DNA from: Bacteroidales bacterium
Lineage (GTDB): Bacteria; Bacteroidota; Bacteroidia; Bacteroidales; GWF2-38-335
DNA length: 64,000 nt
Direction of reading: 5' to 3'
NCBI GenBank assembly: GCA_016936815.1
Contig: JAFGXD010000098.1
Coordinates: forward strand, 12,987 to 76,986
In this document: positions 54,887-64,000 of the stretch, piece by piece
How the letters are laid out: every line of letters starts with the position of its first letter
Numbering within the stretch: position 1 is the stretch's first letter
Notes under the pieces: model-generated
Database searches by the model: none
The model's input: only the letters and a program-made list of their open reading frames with translations
What the model was told of the DNA's origin: nothing
Made by a program: the position numbers and the translations under genes

Positions 54887-55696
54887 ATGTTGAAACTAAA
54901 CAAAAAACGAGGTTATTTTTCCTCAATAAACAATAGGTTGTTACCTGTGGGAATTCACTTTTCACAGATATTGATAATTTTCTTGTTTATTTCTCTGGCT
55001 TTTTCATCCTGCAAAATTCTCAATCCAAATCAAATGTTTAAGGAAAACAGCAAAAACGATTTTTCAGGATTCGAATCTACACCTCAGGAATATATATTAA
55101 AACCCTACGACAAGCTTGATGTTAAGGTTTTTTCCAATAAAGGCGAACGATTAGTAAATGTTTTTGGAACAGATTTTAATTTGCAAAATGCTTCAATGGA
55201 ATATAAAATTGAATACGATGGAATGGTTAAATTGCCAATGTTGGATACTGTTCATCTTGAGGGATTAACAATACGTCAGGCCGAAGAAAAACTTGAAGAT
55301 GCCTACCATAAATACTTTCAGGATCCTTTTATTTTTATTAAAGTAACAAACAAAAGAGTAATTGTTTTTGCAAATGGAAGTGCTGCAGGTTCAGTAATTT
55401 TAATGAAAGAAGATAATTACACTCTTGTTGAAGCAATTGCTGAAGCCGGAGGAATTTCGGATTATAGTATGTCTTATAAAATTAAACTGATTAGAGGCGA
55501 TTTAAATAATCCACAGATTTTTCGTTTCGATTTGTCAAAAATAGAGAAAATGAAAGATGCAAATTTTGTACTTCAGGCAAACGATATTATTTACGTGGAT
55601 TCAAGACCGCGATACAGTTCCAGAATTTTGCAAGAGTTAACCCCTTATCTATCACTAGTTACAACAGGTTTGCTTTTAGTAAATATTTTTAAATAA
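54887..55696 (+). CDS. wza: Polysaccharide export outer-membrane protein (Wza-like, Poly_export + SLBB)
   Basis: YILKPYDKLDVKVF, GMVKLPMLDTVHLEGLTIRQAEEKL and TLVEAIAEAGGIS motifs. Confidence 0.75.
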   Translation: MLKLNKKRGYFSSINNRLLPVGIHFSQILIIFLFISLAFSSCKILNPNQMFKENSKNDFSGFESTPQEYILKPYDKLDVKVFSNKGERLVNVFGTDFNLQNASMEYKIEYDGMVKLPMLDTVHLEGLTIRQAEEKLEDAYHKYFQDPFIFIKVTNKRVIVFANGSAAGSVILMKEDNYTLVEAIAEAGGISDYSMSYKIKLIRGDLNNPQIFRFDLSKIEKMKDANFVLQANDIIYVDSRPRYSSRILQELTPYLSLVTTGLLLVNIFK

Positions 55697-55701
55697 TTAA
55701 T

Positions 55702-58128
55702 ATGCCAAAAAAAATACCATTAATAAACGAAACTTTCGATTTTAGAATTTTTCTTACAATAATTAAGAGAAGTATCTGGATTGTTTCGCTTATTATGATT
55801 GCTGCTATTTTTGGTGCATTTCTTTACCTAAGATATACCCCCCCTCTTTACAAATCAGTTTCAATTCTTCAGATAAGTACAGGCGATAAAACAAATAAAA
55901 TTTTGGAGGTTGATGGATTGTATGAAGAAAAAAATCTGGCTCAGATAATTGAACTAATGCGTTCGCCGGAATTTTTAAAAAGAGTTTTTAATAAACTGCC
56001 CGTTGCAATAGGATATTATAATGAAGGGACTTTTCTTTCAACAGAACTCTATAGAAATTCACCATTTGAAGTGAAAATTCTTGAAGGTGGAGGTTTATTT
56101 GAAAGCAAAATTGATGTTGGAATTTTAGATAGTAAGAATTTTTCATTAAAAATTGACGGCGCTAATATTGAAATGGAAAACCTTGAATTTGGTGTTCCTT
56201 TTAAAATTGGAACAATGAAAATGCAAATTGATGTTTCTGATTATGCCTTATTTAATTCAGAAGAAAATCTGGAAAAAAGAAAATTCTATTTTATTATTAG
56301 AGAACCTGGAAATATAATAAATTACCATCTTAATAAATTGGAAATTAAACTATTAAACCAACAGGCTAATACTATTGAAATTGCTTATACCGACAATAAT
56401 GCTCAGAAAACAGCAGAGGTTGTAAATACCATTGCAGACGAATTTAGAAAGTATGATGTTGAAAGACAAAGAGAAAGTACAGAAAGTATTCTAAAGTTTA
56501 TTGAGGAAAAACAAGATCAGGTTTACAAGAAATTATCGGAAACAGAAAGGCAGATTCATGCTTTTAAAAAATCAAATAATATTTCTCCGAATTCAGATAT
56601 GACTATGTCAACTTTCCCTCTTTACACAACAAAAATTCATGAATTCGAAAAGGAAATAATGGATATTGAATTCGAACTTGTTACTTTAGATAGAATAAGA
56701 ACAGAAATTCATGAGAACCACAACATGAACATTTATGAACTTATTGCTCTTCTCTCGGGAGCTAAATCGGAAGGAAACATTGTTAGTATTTTACATTCTT
56801 TGCAAGAAAAAAACGATCGAAAAGAAGAATTGCAAAACGATATTACTGCCAATCATAACAAAATTAAAATACTTGAAGGTCAGATTACTAATTTAAAAAA
56901 TACACTAAAGGAATTTATCGACAACACTATAAAAACACTAAAACAAAAAACTATTGAATACGATAAAAAAATAAACGAATATCAGGAAGAAATTTTTAAT
57001 ACAAAGGGCTATAACGAAGTTGAATATGCCAGACTTACTAGAATTTATGAAATAAATGAGGAGTTTCTTACACAATTAATAGAGAAAAAAGCTCAATATT
57101 CCATTTCACAAGCAGGTTATGTTTCGCAAAATATTATTCTTCAACGTTCTCCAATTCCTAATTCCCCCATTTTTCCACTGAAAAAGACTGTATTAATAGT
57201 TTTTATTCTTCTGGCAATGCTTATTAGTTTTATGGTTATTATTATAAGATATTTGCTTTATAGCCAAATAGTTTCAATTAACGATATAACTTCATATACC
57301 GATGCACCAATTGTTGGAACCATTCCAAAATACAATAAAGAAATACCTGTTTCTCAACTAATTGTTAATATTAACACCAAATCTATTATTTCTGAGGCAT
57401 TTCGTACTCTAAGAACAAATTTGGAGTTTATTTCTCATGGACAGGAAAATAAAGTTGTTACGGTTTCATCTACTGTGCCGGGTGAGGGAAAAACTTTTGT
57501 TGCAATTAATCTAGCAGGTATTTTGGCAATTTCAGGGAAAAAAGTAATTCTGCTCGACCTCGACCTTAGAAAACCAAGAATTCATAAAGGTTTTGACATA
57601 ATTAACGATAAAGGAATTTCAACCATTTTAATAAACAAACATGGTGTTGAGGATTGTATTAAACACTCTAAGTTCGAAAATCTGCATTTTGTTACAGCAG
57701 GTCCCATACCTCCAAATCCTTCAGAATTAATAATTAGCAAGGAAATGGATAGTCTTTTGGAACATCTAAAACTTACTTACGATTACATTATTATTGATAC
57801 TCCTCCTATTGGAATTGTTTCGGATGGTGTAAGTGTTTTTAGAAAAGCTTCTTTCCCTATTTATGTAACCAGAGCCGGTTACAGCAGAAGAAATTATATT
57901 AATAACATTAACCACTTAGTTGATGATAAACAAATTACAAAATTGTCTGTGGTTTTAAACGGACTCGATTCTAAACAAACTCGCTATGGTTATGGATATG
58001 GTTACGGATACGGCAGCTACGGAAACAATGGCGCTTATGGATATGGATATTTTGAAGATGCCGAACCTGAAAGAATTCCTATTTGGAAAAGAATAATTAA
58101 TAAAATGTTGTTTTTTAGAAAAAAATAA
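55702..58128 (+). CDS. wzc: Polysaccharide co-polymerase / tyrosine autokinase (Wzc/GumC-like)
   Basis: Wzz-like N-terminus with two TM segments and a long coiled coil. Kinase domain SSTVPGEGKTF (Walker A), LLDLDLRKP (A') and YIIIDTPP (B). Tyr-rich tail YGYGYGYGSYGNNGAYGYGYF. Confidence 0.85.
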   Translation: MPKKIPLINETFDFRIFLTIIKRSIWIVSLIMIAAIFGAFLYLRYTPPLYKSVSILQISTGDKTNKILEVDGLYEEKNLAQIIELMRSPEFLKRVFNKLPVAIGYYNEGTFLSTELYRNSPFEVKILEGGGLFESKIDVGILDSKNFSLKIDGANIEMENLEFGVPFKIGTMKMQIDVSDYALFNSEENLEKRKFYFIIREPGNIINYHLNKLEIKLLNQQANTIEIAYTDNNAQKTAEVVNTIADEFRKYDVERQRESTESILKFIEEKQDQVYKKLSETERQIHAFKKSNNISPNSDMTMSTFPLYTTKIHEFEKEIMDIEFELVTLDRIRTEIHENHNMNIYELIALLSGAKSEGNIVSILHSLQEKNDRKEELQNDITANHNKIKILEGQITNLKNTLKEFIDNTIKTLKQKTIEYDKKINEYQEEIFNTKGYNEVEYARLTRIYEINEEFLTQLIEKKAQYSISQAGYVSQNIILQRSPIPNSPIFPLKKTVLIVFILLAMLISFMVIIIRYLLYSQIVSINDITSYTDAPIVGTIPKYNKEIPVSQLIVNINTKSIISEAFRTLRTNLEFISHGQENKVVTVSSTVPGEGKTFVAINLAGILAISGKKVILLDLDLRKPRIHKGFDIINDKGISTILINKHGVEDCIKHSKFENLHFVTAGPIPPNPSELIISKEMDSLLEHLKLTYDYIIIDTPPIGIVSDGVSVFRKASFPIYVTRAGYSRRNYINNINHLVDDKQITKLSVVLNGLDSKQTRYGYGYGYGYGSYGNNGAYGYGYFEDAEPERIPIWKRIINKMLFFRKK

Positions 58129-58134
58129 TTTGAG

Positions 58135-59190
58135 ATGGATTTTATATTCGCCGGGTTTTTTGTTGCTTGTGTAATTTTTAGTTTTTTTCTTCATAAGTTC
58201 TTCCTAAATAAATCCAAAAAACATACTTTAAAAAAAGCCAATATAAGCGGAATTAGATGGGGTAGCCAGTCGAAACCCGTTTCAGGAGGTATTACTATTT
58301 ACGTTTTTTTTATTGTTGGACTTTTGTTTCATCTGTTTTATACAGAAGATAATCCAAATTTCGAAAACCCTTTAGTTGGAATTGCAATTGTTGTAACACT
58401 TTCTTTTTTAATGGGTTTATCCGACGATATTATTAACACTTCACCATACTTTAAGTTTTTTGTTCAAATTCTATCGGGAATTATCTTAATCCGCTTTGGA
58501 ATCTATATCTCTATTTTTCCATACGAATATTTCAATTATTTAATAACAATACTTTGGGTTGTTGGCATAATGAATTCCATAAATATGCTCGACAATATGG
58601 ATGCTGTTACTACCATTGTTTCAATCTCTATTTTTCTCGGTTTGCTTGTTAATTATTTTCTGTTTTTTTCCAATTTAGATTCAGGAATTGCTTTTATTCT
58701 TATTGGAACATTGGCCGCAATGATTAGTTTTCTTTATTTTAATTGGTCTCCTTCTAAAATGTATATGGGCGATAATGGCAGTCAAGTTCTGGGTTCTTTA
58801 CTTGCTGCTATAAGTATTTTGCTTGTTTGGAACAACACTCAATCGCATTGTGTTTGTGCCATTCCTAAACAAATACTAATGGTTATTCTAATCTTTCTTG
58901 TTCCAATGGTCGACACTACTACAGTTACAATTAATCGCCTTTTAAAAGGAAAATCTCCTTTTATTGGTGGAAAAGACCATACAACACATCATTTGGTTTA
59001 TAGAGGCTTTTCAGAAAAAAATGTTGCAATATTTTTATTCATTATTTCTTTAATTTCCGTGTTTTTGTCGGTCTATATCCTTAATTTTGTAAAAAAACCG
59101 GGAATTACAATTCAAATTCTTTTGTGGGTTTTTATTTCTGTGGTTTTTCTGGCTTTGTATATTAATACCAAAGTAACAAAACAGAAATAA
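58135..59190 (+). CDS. MraY/WecA-family polyprenyl-phosphate sugar-1-phosphate transferase
   Basis: About 10 TM segments. LSDDIIN, NSINMLDNMDA (variant of the N..D..D motif) and MGDNGSQVLG. Confidence 0.7.
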   Translation: MDFIFAGFFVACVIFSFFLHKFFLNKSKKHTLKKANISGIRWGSQSKPVSGGITIYVFFIVGLLFHLFYTEDNPNFENPLVGIAIVVTLSFLMGLSDDIINTSPYFKFFVQILSGIILIRFGIYISIFPYEYFNYLITILWVVGIMNSINMLDNMDAVTTIVSISIFLGLLVNYFLFFSNLDSGIAFILIGTLAAMISFLYFNWSPSKMYMGDNGSQVLGSLLAAISILLVWNNTQSHCVCAIPKQILMVILIFLVPMVDTTTVTINRLLKGKSPFIGGKDHTTHHLVYRGFSEKNVAIFLFIISLISVFLSVYILNFVKKPGITIQILLWVFISVVFLALYINTKVTKQK

Positions 59191-59244
59191 GCCCTAAAGA
59201 GATTATTAACCAATTCCCAAATTAATTTATTAATATTCAAATAT

Positions 59245-60210
59245 TTGTATATGAAAAAAATATTGCCAACCATAATAAAAACCGGCTCTGTTTTAGCCGG
59301 ACTGTTAATTATTTGGGTTGTTATTAATCTTTTCAATTATTCTTATGTAATTTCTCCCGAAGACCAACCACATCAGGATGAATTTAATTTAAAGTATAGT
59401 GTTTTTAGTCTTAATATTCCGGAAAAAGTTGATTTTGCCGGCGAAGAAATGCCTATTCAATATTTCGATGTTATGGAAAGCCTCGACAGAGAATTGCTTG
59501 TTAACACCTACTGGCAATCGCAAACCCTAATGTTTTTCAAAAGAGCAAATAAATACTTTCCCATTATTGAGCCAATTTTGGAAAAAAATAATATTCCCGC
59601 AGACTTTAAATATTTGGCACTTGCCGAAAGTGGACTTATGAACGTAGTTTCACCTGCCGGAGCAAGCGGATTCTGGCAATTTATGAAAGCTACAGGACTT
59701 GAATATGGACTTGAAATAAATAACGAAGTTGATGAAAGGTATAACTTGATTCTGGCAACAGAAGCGGCTTGTAAATTGCTAAACGATGCTTATAAAAAAT
59801 ATGAAAGCTGGAGCTTGGTTGCGGCATCTTATAATATGGGAATGGGTGGATTAGATAAGCAACTTAAACAACAAAAGGTAAACGATTATTACGATTTACA
59901 CCTAAATAGCGAAACTGCCAGATATGTTTATAGAATTGTAGCTATTAAATTAATAATGGATAACCCTAAATTATTTAGTTTTCATTTTAGAGAAAAAGAT
60001 TTATACCAAATGCCTATTACAGAAGAGATTGTTGTTGATTCAACAATTACCGACTGGGCAGATTTTGCCTTAGAGCACAATACCAATTATAAAATTCTTA
60101 GAGAATTAAACCCTTGGATAAGAGGATTATCATTGACAAACAAAAACAAAAAACAATACTCGGTAACTATTCCTAAAAAGGGTTACAGAGATTTGAGAAA
60201 AAATGACTAA
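59245..60210 (+). CDS. Lytic transglycosylase (SLT-domain, MltD-like)
   Basis: N-terminal anchor. LALAESGLMNVVSPAGASGFWQFM (catalytic ES motif) and AASYNMG. Confidence 0.75.
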   Translation: MYMKKILPTIIKTGSVLAGLLIIWVVINLFNYSYVISPEDQPHQDEFNLKYSVFSLNIPEKVDFAGEEMPIQYFDVMESLDRELLVNTYWQSQTLMFFKRANKYFPIIEPILEKNNIPADFKYLALAESGLMNVVSPAGASGFWQFMKATGLEYGLEINNEVDERYNLILATEAACKLLNDAYKKYESWSLVAASYNMGMGGLDKQLKQQKVNDYYDLHLNSETARYVYRIVAIKLIMDNPKLFSFHFREKDLYQMPITEEIVVDSTITDWADFALEHNTNYKILRELNPWIRGLSLTNKNKKQYSVTIPKKGYRDLRKND

Positions 60211-60231
60211 CTAAAAGACTTTTTATTTAAG

Positions 60232-63048
60232 GTGGAAAAAAAAGATGAAGTTGCTGTTTTTGGCGCCAGGGTTCACAATCTAAAAAACATAGATATTTGC
60301 ATTCCCCGCAACAAACTTACTGTAATTACAGGGATTAGCGGTTCGGGTAAGTCTTCTCTGGCTTTCGATACAATTCATGCAGAAGGACAACGACGTTATA
60401 TAGAAACTTTTTCGGCTTATGCACGTCAGTTTCTTGGCAATATTGAACGCCCTGATGTTGACGAAATTACTGGTCTTAGCCCGGTTATTTCCATAGAACA
60501 AAAAACCACAAATAAAAATCCAAGATCCACTGTTGGAACCGTTACCGAAATTTACGATTTCCTTCGGCTGCTTTATGCTCGTGCAGGAATTGCATATTCC
60601 CATGTTACCGGAAAACCAATGGTGAAATATACCGATGAACAAATAAAAAACCTAATTTTTAGAGAGTTCGAAAACAAAAAGACTCTGGTTTTAGCTCCAA
60701 TTGTAAAAGGAAGAAAAGGACATTATAAGGAGCTTTTCGAACAAATGCGCAAAAAAGGTTATCTATATGTTAGAATCGATGGCGAAGTTGTGGAACTGCG
60801 ACCGGGACTAAAAACCGACAGATACAAAGCTCACTATATTGAGCAAGTAATTGATAGATTAATTATTGAACCGGGAAGCGAAAAACGGGTTAAAACAGCT
60901 ATTGATTCAGGAATGAAAATTGGAAAGGGAATTATTATGATTCTTGATGCTGAAAAAAATGAAGCAAGATATTTTTCACGAGAATTAATGTGCCCAGAAT
61001 CCGGAATATCTTATAATGAACCTCAGCCGAATTCTTTCTCCTTTAACTCTCCTCAAGGCTCATGTAGTGTATGCAACGGTTTAGGCGAAATTAAGGAAAT
61101 AGATATCTCTAAAATTATTCCCGACGATAATCAAAGCATTTATAAAGGAGGAATTGTTCCTCTGGGACCATATAAAAGCTCCATAATTTTCTGGCAGATT
61201 GAGGCTATTGCTCATAAATACGAGTTTTCGCTTAAAGACCCCATTAATACTTTACCCGAAACCGCTTTAAATATAATATTATACGGCTCCGGAGAGACTT
61301 TTAGACTTGTTAATACTCCTTTAGGGAATTCATCAAATTATTTAATGTCGTTCGATGGAATACTAAGCTATATAGAAAAAACTCAAAATCAGGGAAATTC
61401 AAAGGCTAAAAACAAATGGACCGATAAATTTATTAGTAAAAAAATATGTCCTGAATGTTTGGGAACTCGCTTAAAAAAGGAATCTCTACAATTTAAAATT
61501 GCTAAGAAAAACATCGCTGAATTGTCGGCTATGGATATTAGCGATTTGCATAACTGGATAAAAAATCTTCCTAAAAAATTGGACGATAGACAATTAAAAA
61601 TAGCCGGCGAAATAATTAAGGAAATAACAGACCGTTGTGCTTTTCTATTAGATGTTGGATTGAATTACCTGAGTCTTAGTCGCAGCTCCAAATCCCTTTC
61701 AGGTGGAGAAAGTCAGAGAATAAGACTGGCAACTCAAATTGGCTCAAAACTCGTTAATGTTCTGTATATTTTAGATGAACCAAGTATTGGCCTACATCAA
61801 AGAGATAATTTAAAACTTATTAAATCTTTAAAAACTTTACGCGATAATCAAAATTCAATTATTGTTGTTGAGCACGACAAAGAAATGATTTGCGCAGCCG
61901 ATTATGTTGTTGATATTGGCCCCGGTGCAGGTAGATTTGGTGGAAAAATTACTTTTTCAGGAACTGTTGAGCAATTAAAAAACTCGCAATCCCTTACGGC
62001 AGAATATATTACTGGTCGTAAAAAAATTCCCATTCCTGAAATAAGACGTCCCGGAAATGGTAAAAGCATTATTCTAAAAGGAGCAACAGGAAATAATCTT
62101 AAAAATGTTGATTTGGAAATTCCTTTGGGTAAATTAATTTGTGTTACAGGAGTTTCGGGTAGCGGAAAATCTTCCTTAATAAATGAAACACTTCATCCTA
62201 TTTTATCAGCTTATTTCTACAGATCTCTTGATGAACCTCTTCCATACAAAAGTATAAAAGGTTTGGAAAATATTGATAAAGTAATTGAAGTTGACCAATC
62301 GCCTTTAGGACGCACGCCTCGTTCTAATCCTGCCACTTACACAGGCGTTTTTGGCGACATTAGAAAACTTTTTGAAATGGTTCCCGAAGCAAAAATACGA
62401 GGTTACAAATCAGGACGATTTTCTTTTAATGTTAAGGGCGGAAGATGCGAAACTTGTCAGGGTGCCGGAGTAAAAACAATAGAGATGAACTTCCTCCCCG
62501 ATGTATATGTAAATTGCGACCAGTGTTTTGGAAAAAGATACAACAGAGAAACTCTTGAAATAAGATATAAAGGCAAGAACATAAACGATGTTCTAAATAT
62601 GACAATAAATCAGGCTGTTGAATTTTTTTCAAATATTCCATCAATTGTAAATAAAATTAAAGCTCTAAAAGAAGTAGGCTTGGGGTATATAACTCTTGGT
62701 CAACCTAGTACAACTCTTTCGGGCGGAGAATCACAAAGAGTTAAACTGGCAACAGAGCTGGCAAAAAAAGATACAGGAAAAACACTTTACATTTTCGACG
62801 AGCCAACTACAGGCCTTCATTTTGAGGATATAAGAGTGTTAATGGGAGTACTAAACAAACTTACCGACAAAGGAAATTCAATAATTATTATCGAACATAA
62901 TATGGACGTTATTAAAATGGCCGATTATATTATTGACATTGGTCCGGAAGGAGGAAAAAATGGGGGGAAAATAATAGCAAGCGGAAGTCCGGAAGAAATA
63001 ACTGAAAATTTGGAAAGCTATACTGCCGAATTTCTAAGAAAAGAATAA
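60232..63048 (+). CDS. uvrA: Excinuclease ABC subunit A
   Basis: GTG start. GISGSGKSSLAFDT, zinc modules (CSVCNGLG; CPECLGTR; CETCQGAG...CDQCFG), two LSGGESQR signatures and GVSGSGKSSL. Confidence 0.95.
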   Translation: MEKKDEVAVFGARVHNLKNIDICIPRNKLTVITGISGSGKSSLAFDTIHAEGQRRYIETFSAYARQFLGNIERPDVDEITGLSPVISIEQKTTNKNPRSTVGTVTEIYDFLRLLYARAGIAYSHVTGKPMVKYTDEQIKNLIFREFENKKTLVLAPIVKGRKGHYKELFEQMRKKGYLYVRIDGEVVELRPGLKTDRYKAHYIEQVIDRLIIEPGSEKRVKTAIDSGMKIGKGIIMILDAEKNEARYFSRELMCPESGISYNEPQPNSFSFNSPQGSCSVCNGLGEIKEIDISKIIPDDNQSIYKGGIVPLGPYKSSIIFWQIEAIAHKYEFSLKDPINTLPETALNIILYGSGETFRLVNTPLGNSSNYLMSFDGILSYIEKTQNQGNSKAKNKWTDKFISKKICPECLGTRLKKESLQFKIAKKNIAELSAMDISDLHNWIKNLPKKLDDRQLKIAGEIIKEITDRCAFLLDVGLNYLSLSRSSKSLSGGESQRIRLATQIGSKLVNVLYILDEPSIGLHQRDNLKLIKSLKTLRDNQNSIIVVEHDKEMICAADYVVDIGPGAGRFGGKITFSGTVEQLKNSQSLTAEYITGRKKIPIPEIRRPGNGKSIILKGATGNNLKNVDLEIPLGKLICVTGVSGSGKSSLINETLHPILSAYFYRSLDEPLPYKSIKGLENIDKVIEVDQSPLGRTPRSNPATYTGVFGDIRKLFEMVPEAKIRGYKSGRFSFNVKGGRCETCQGAGVKTIEMNFLPDVYVNCDQCFGKRYNRETLEIRYKGKNINDVLNMTINQAVEFFSNIPSIVNKIKALKEVGLGYITLGQPSTTLSGGESQRVKLATELAKKDTGKTLYIFDEPTTGLHFEDIRVLMGVLNKLTDKGNSIIIIEHNMDVIKMADYIIDIGPEGGKNGGKIIASGSPEEITENLESYTAEFLRKE

Positions 63049-63117
63049 TTCAGTTTTTTTTATAAGGGTAAATTTTAGTTCTTGTGTAATGTACATGAAA
63101 CTAAAAAATTTATTGAA

Positions 63118-64000
63118 ATGAAAAAGACTTTTTTATTCGTGTTAGCCACCCTGGTATTAGGTTCCATAGTTATTACAGGCTGTAAGAAAGACAAAGACCA
63201 AGATGAAAATCCTACAGGAAATATTATTCCTTCTACTTTTAAGGTTGATATTCCCGACGCTATTTCACACCCGTTTAGTGGTGCAAAATCTGTAAATTAC
63301 AAAGGAGTAATGACAGACACTATACCCGGAGATGTAATTTATGAACACCTTGCAAATTTTATTTATATAGGCGAAGAAGCTGCACAAATTATTCAGGATA
63401 TTATGACTTTTATCGCTGTTTATAATATAAATCATCCTATTGATTTTACATATACCGGCGAAGAAGATGGCCGCGATAAACACATGGTTGTTATTGAAAA
63501 CTCCAGTTATGATGGAATCAATTATGAATACCAAATGACAGTTACAGATGCCGATTACGAAGGTAATGCCGATGGTGGAAAAGCTGTTCAGGTTTTCTGG
63601 AACACAAGTCCTGTTAAAGGAGTTGCAATAATTAAACCTGCAAACTTTGATGTTAATTCTTTTGCAGCTCTTACAGAAACTATGTATCGCGTAGACTATA
63701 GCGAGGCAGGAGAATTAGATTACGAAAAATATATGGTTGTTTATATTGCCAACTTACCTCTTGAAAATCCTTTAACCAATCCTTATTCAATGCAGAATTT
63801 AAAAATGTTTGCAGGAAAAGATGGCGATGTTATTGATGTATGGGGAAATTCAGACCATCCTAATGCAAAATTCTATAACGACGATGTAGGATTCGATTGG
63901 GCTTTTGTTGCTTCAGGCATAAAAACTGAAAATATTGGTGTTGCAGAAGTTGGTATTCCAAGAAGAACTCTTGATTCTTCCGATAGAACAGCTTTACTTG
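63118..64000 (+). CDS. Lipoprotein of unknown function, 3' end outside window
   Basis: Not in the ORF track because no stop is reached. I translated frame 1 from the ATG at 63118 to the window end with no stop. Starts MKKTFLFVLATLVLGSIVITGCKKDKD (lipobox). It overrides the antisense ORF at 63265-63534. Confidence 0.55.
   Translation, partial: MKKTFLFVLATLVLGSIVITGCKKDKDQDENPTGNIIPSTFKVDIPDAISHPFSGAKSVNYKGVMTDTIPGDVIYEHLANFIYIGEEAAQIIQDIMTFIAVYNINHPIDFTYTGEEDGRDKHMVVIENSSYDGINYEYQMTVTDADYEGNADGGKAVQVFWNTSPVKGVAIIKPANFDVNSFAALTETMYRVDYSEAGELDYEKYMVVYIANLPLENPLTNPYSMQNLKMFAGKDGDVIDVWGNSDHPNAKFYNDDVGFDWAFVASGIKTENIGVAEVGIPRRTLDSSDRTALL

Noticed and set aside
63265-63534. 89-aa minus-strand ORF near the window end.
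   Set aside because: It is antisense to an uninterrupted plus-strand frame from the ATG at 63118 to the window edge. That frame begins with a textbook lipoprotein signal (LVLGSIVITGC).
1-64000. tRNA, rRNA, tmRNA, CRISPR arrays, IS elements, integrases, and phage or defence-system genes.
   Set aside because: I scanned both strands by eye. I found no T-loop/acceptor-like tRNA structures, no regularly spaced direct repeats, and no ORFs with transposase, integrase, nuclease or helicase defence hallmarks. The only mobile-type trace is the decayed antitoxin-like ORF at 28504-28635. A cmscan/tRNAscan run would be needed to be certain.

Overview
AT-rich chromosomal segment that looks like Bacteroidota. 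Evidence: several type-A T9SS C-terminal sorting domains, recurrent TAnnTTTG -7 promoter boxes 20-55 nt upstream of start codons, and typical gene content (lpxB, surE, GT9 glycosyltransferases, a Wza/Wzc EPS locus). All calls come from reading the supplied ORF translations and the DNA by eye. No database search was run. I found no tRNA, rRNA, CRISPR array, transposase or integrase. About 60 protein genes are supportable, and most are housekeeping: holB, pgk, tdh, kbl, pheT, surE, lpxB, purE, plsY, pckA, asnB, uvrA. The best candidate for an undescribed system is the minus-strand operon at 32.6-37.8 kb. It encodes a DUF5320-like miniprotein, two NifX/NifB-C-like carriers, a DUF89 protein, a CoADR/Nox-type flavoprotein, two MinD-type ATPases with inserted 2x[4Fe-4S] ferredoxin motifs, and a 4-Cys miniprotein. 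A divergently transcribed Crp/Fnr regulator beside it carries the exact FNR Cys spacing (C-x2-C-x5-C plus a central Cys). A second theme is three in-frame fusions of central-metabolism genes within one window: a PGK-PGK tandem fusion, an Hpt-Adk fusion, and PckA with a 215-aa unknown C-terminal domain. Other points of interest are a fibrinogen-like YCDxxxxGGGW surface protein, an orphan lasso-B2/transglutaminase-like protein, a T9SS surface-protein locus with a membrane TPR-LuxR regulator, and a decayed antitoxin-like ORF. There are also several structured non-coding stretches: a rod-like ~150-nt hairpin with its own terminator, a promoter plus terminator with no long ORF upstream of hpt-adk, and GC-rich nested inverted repeats upstream of pgk.
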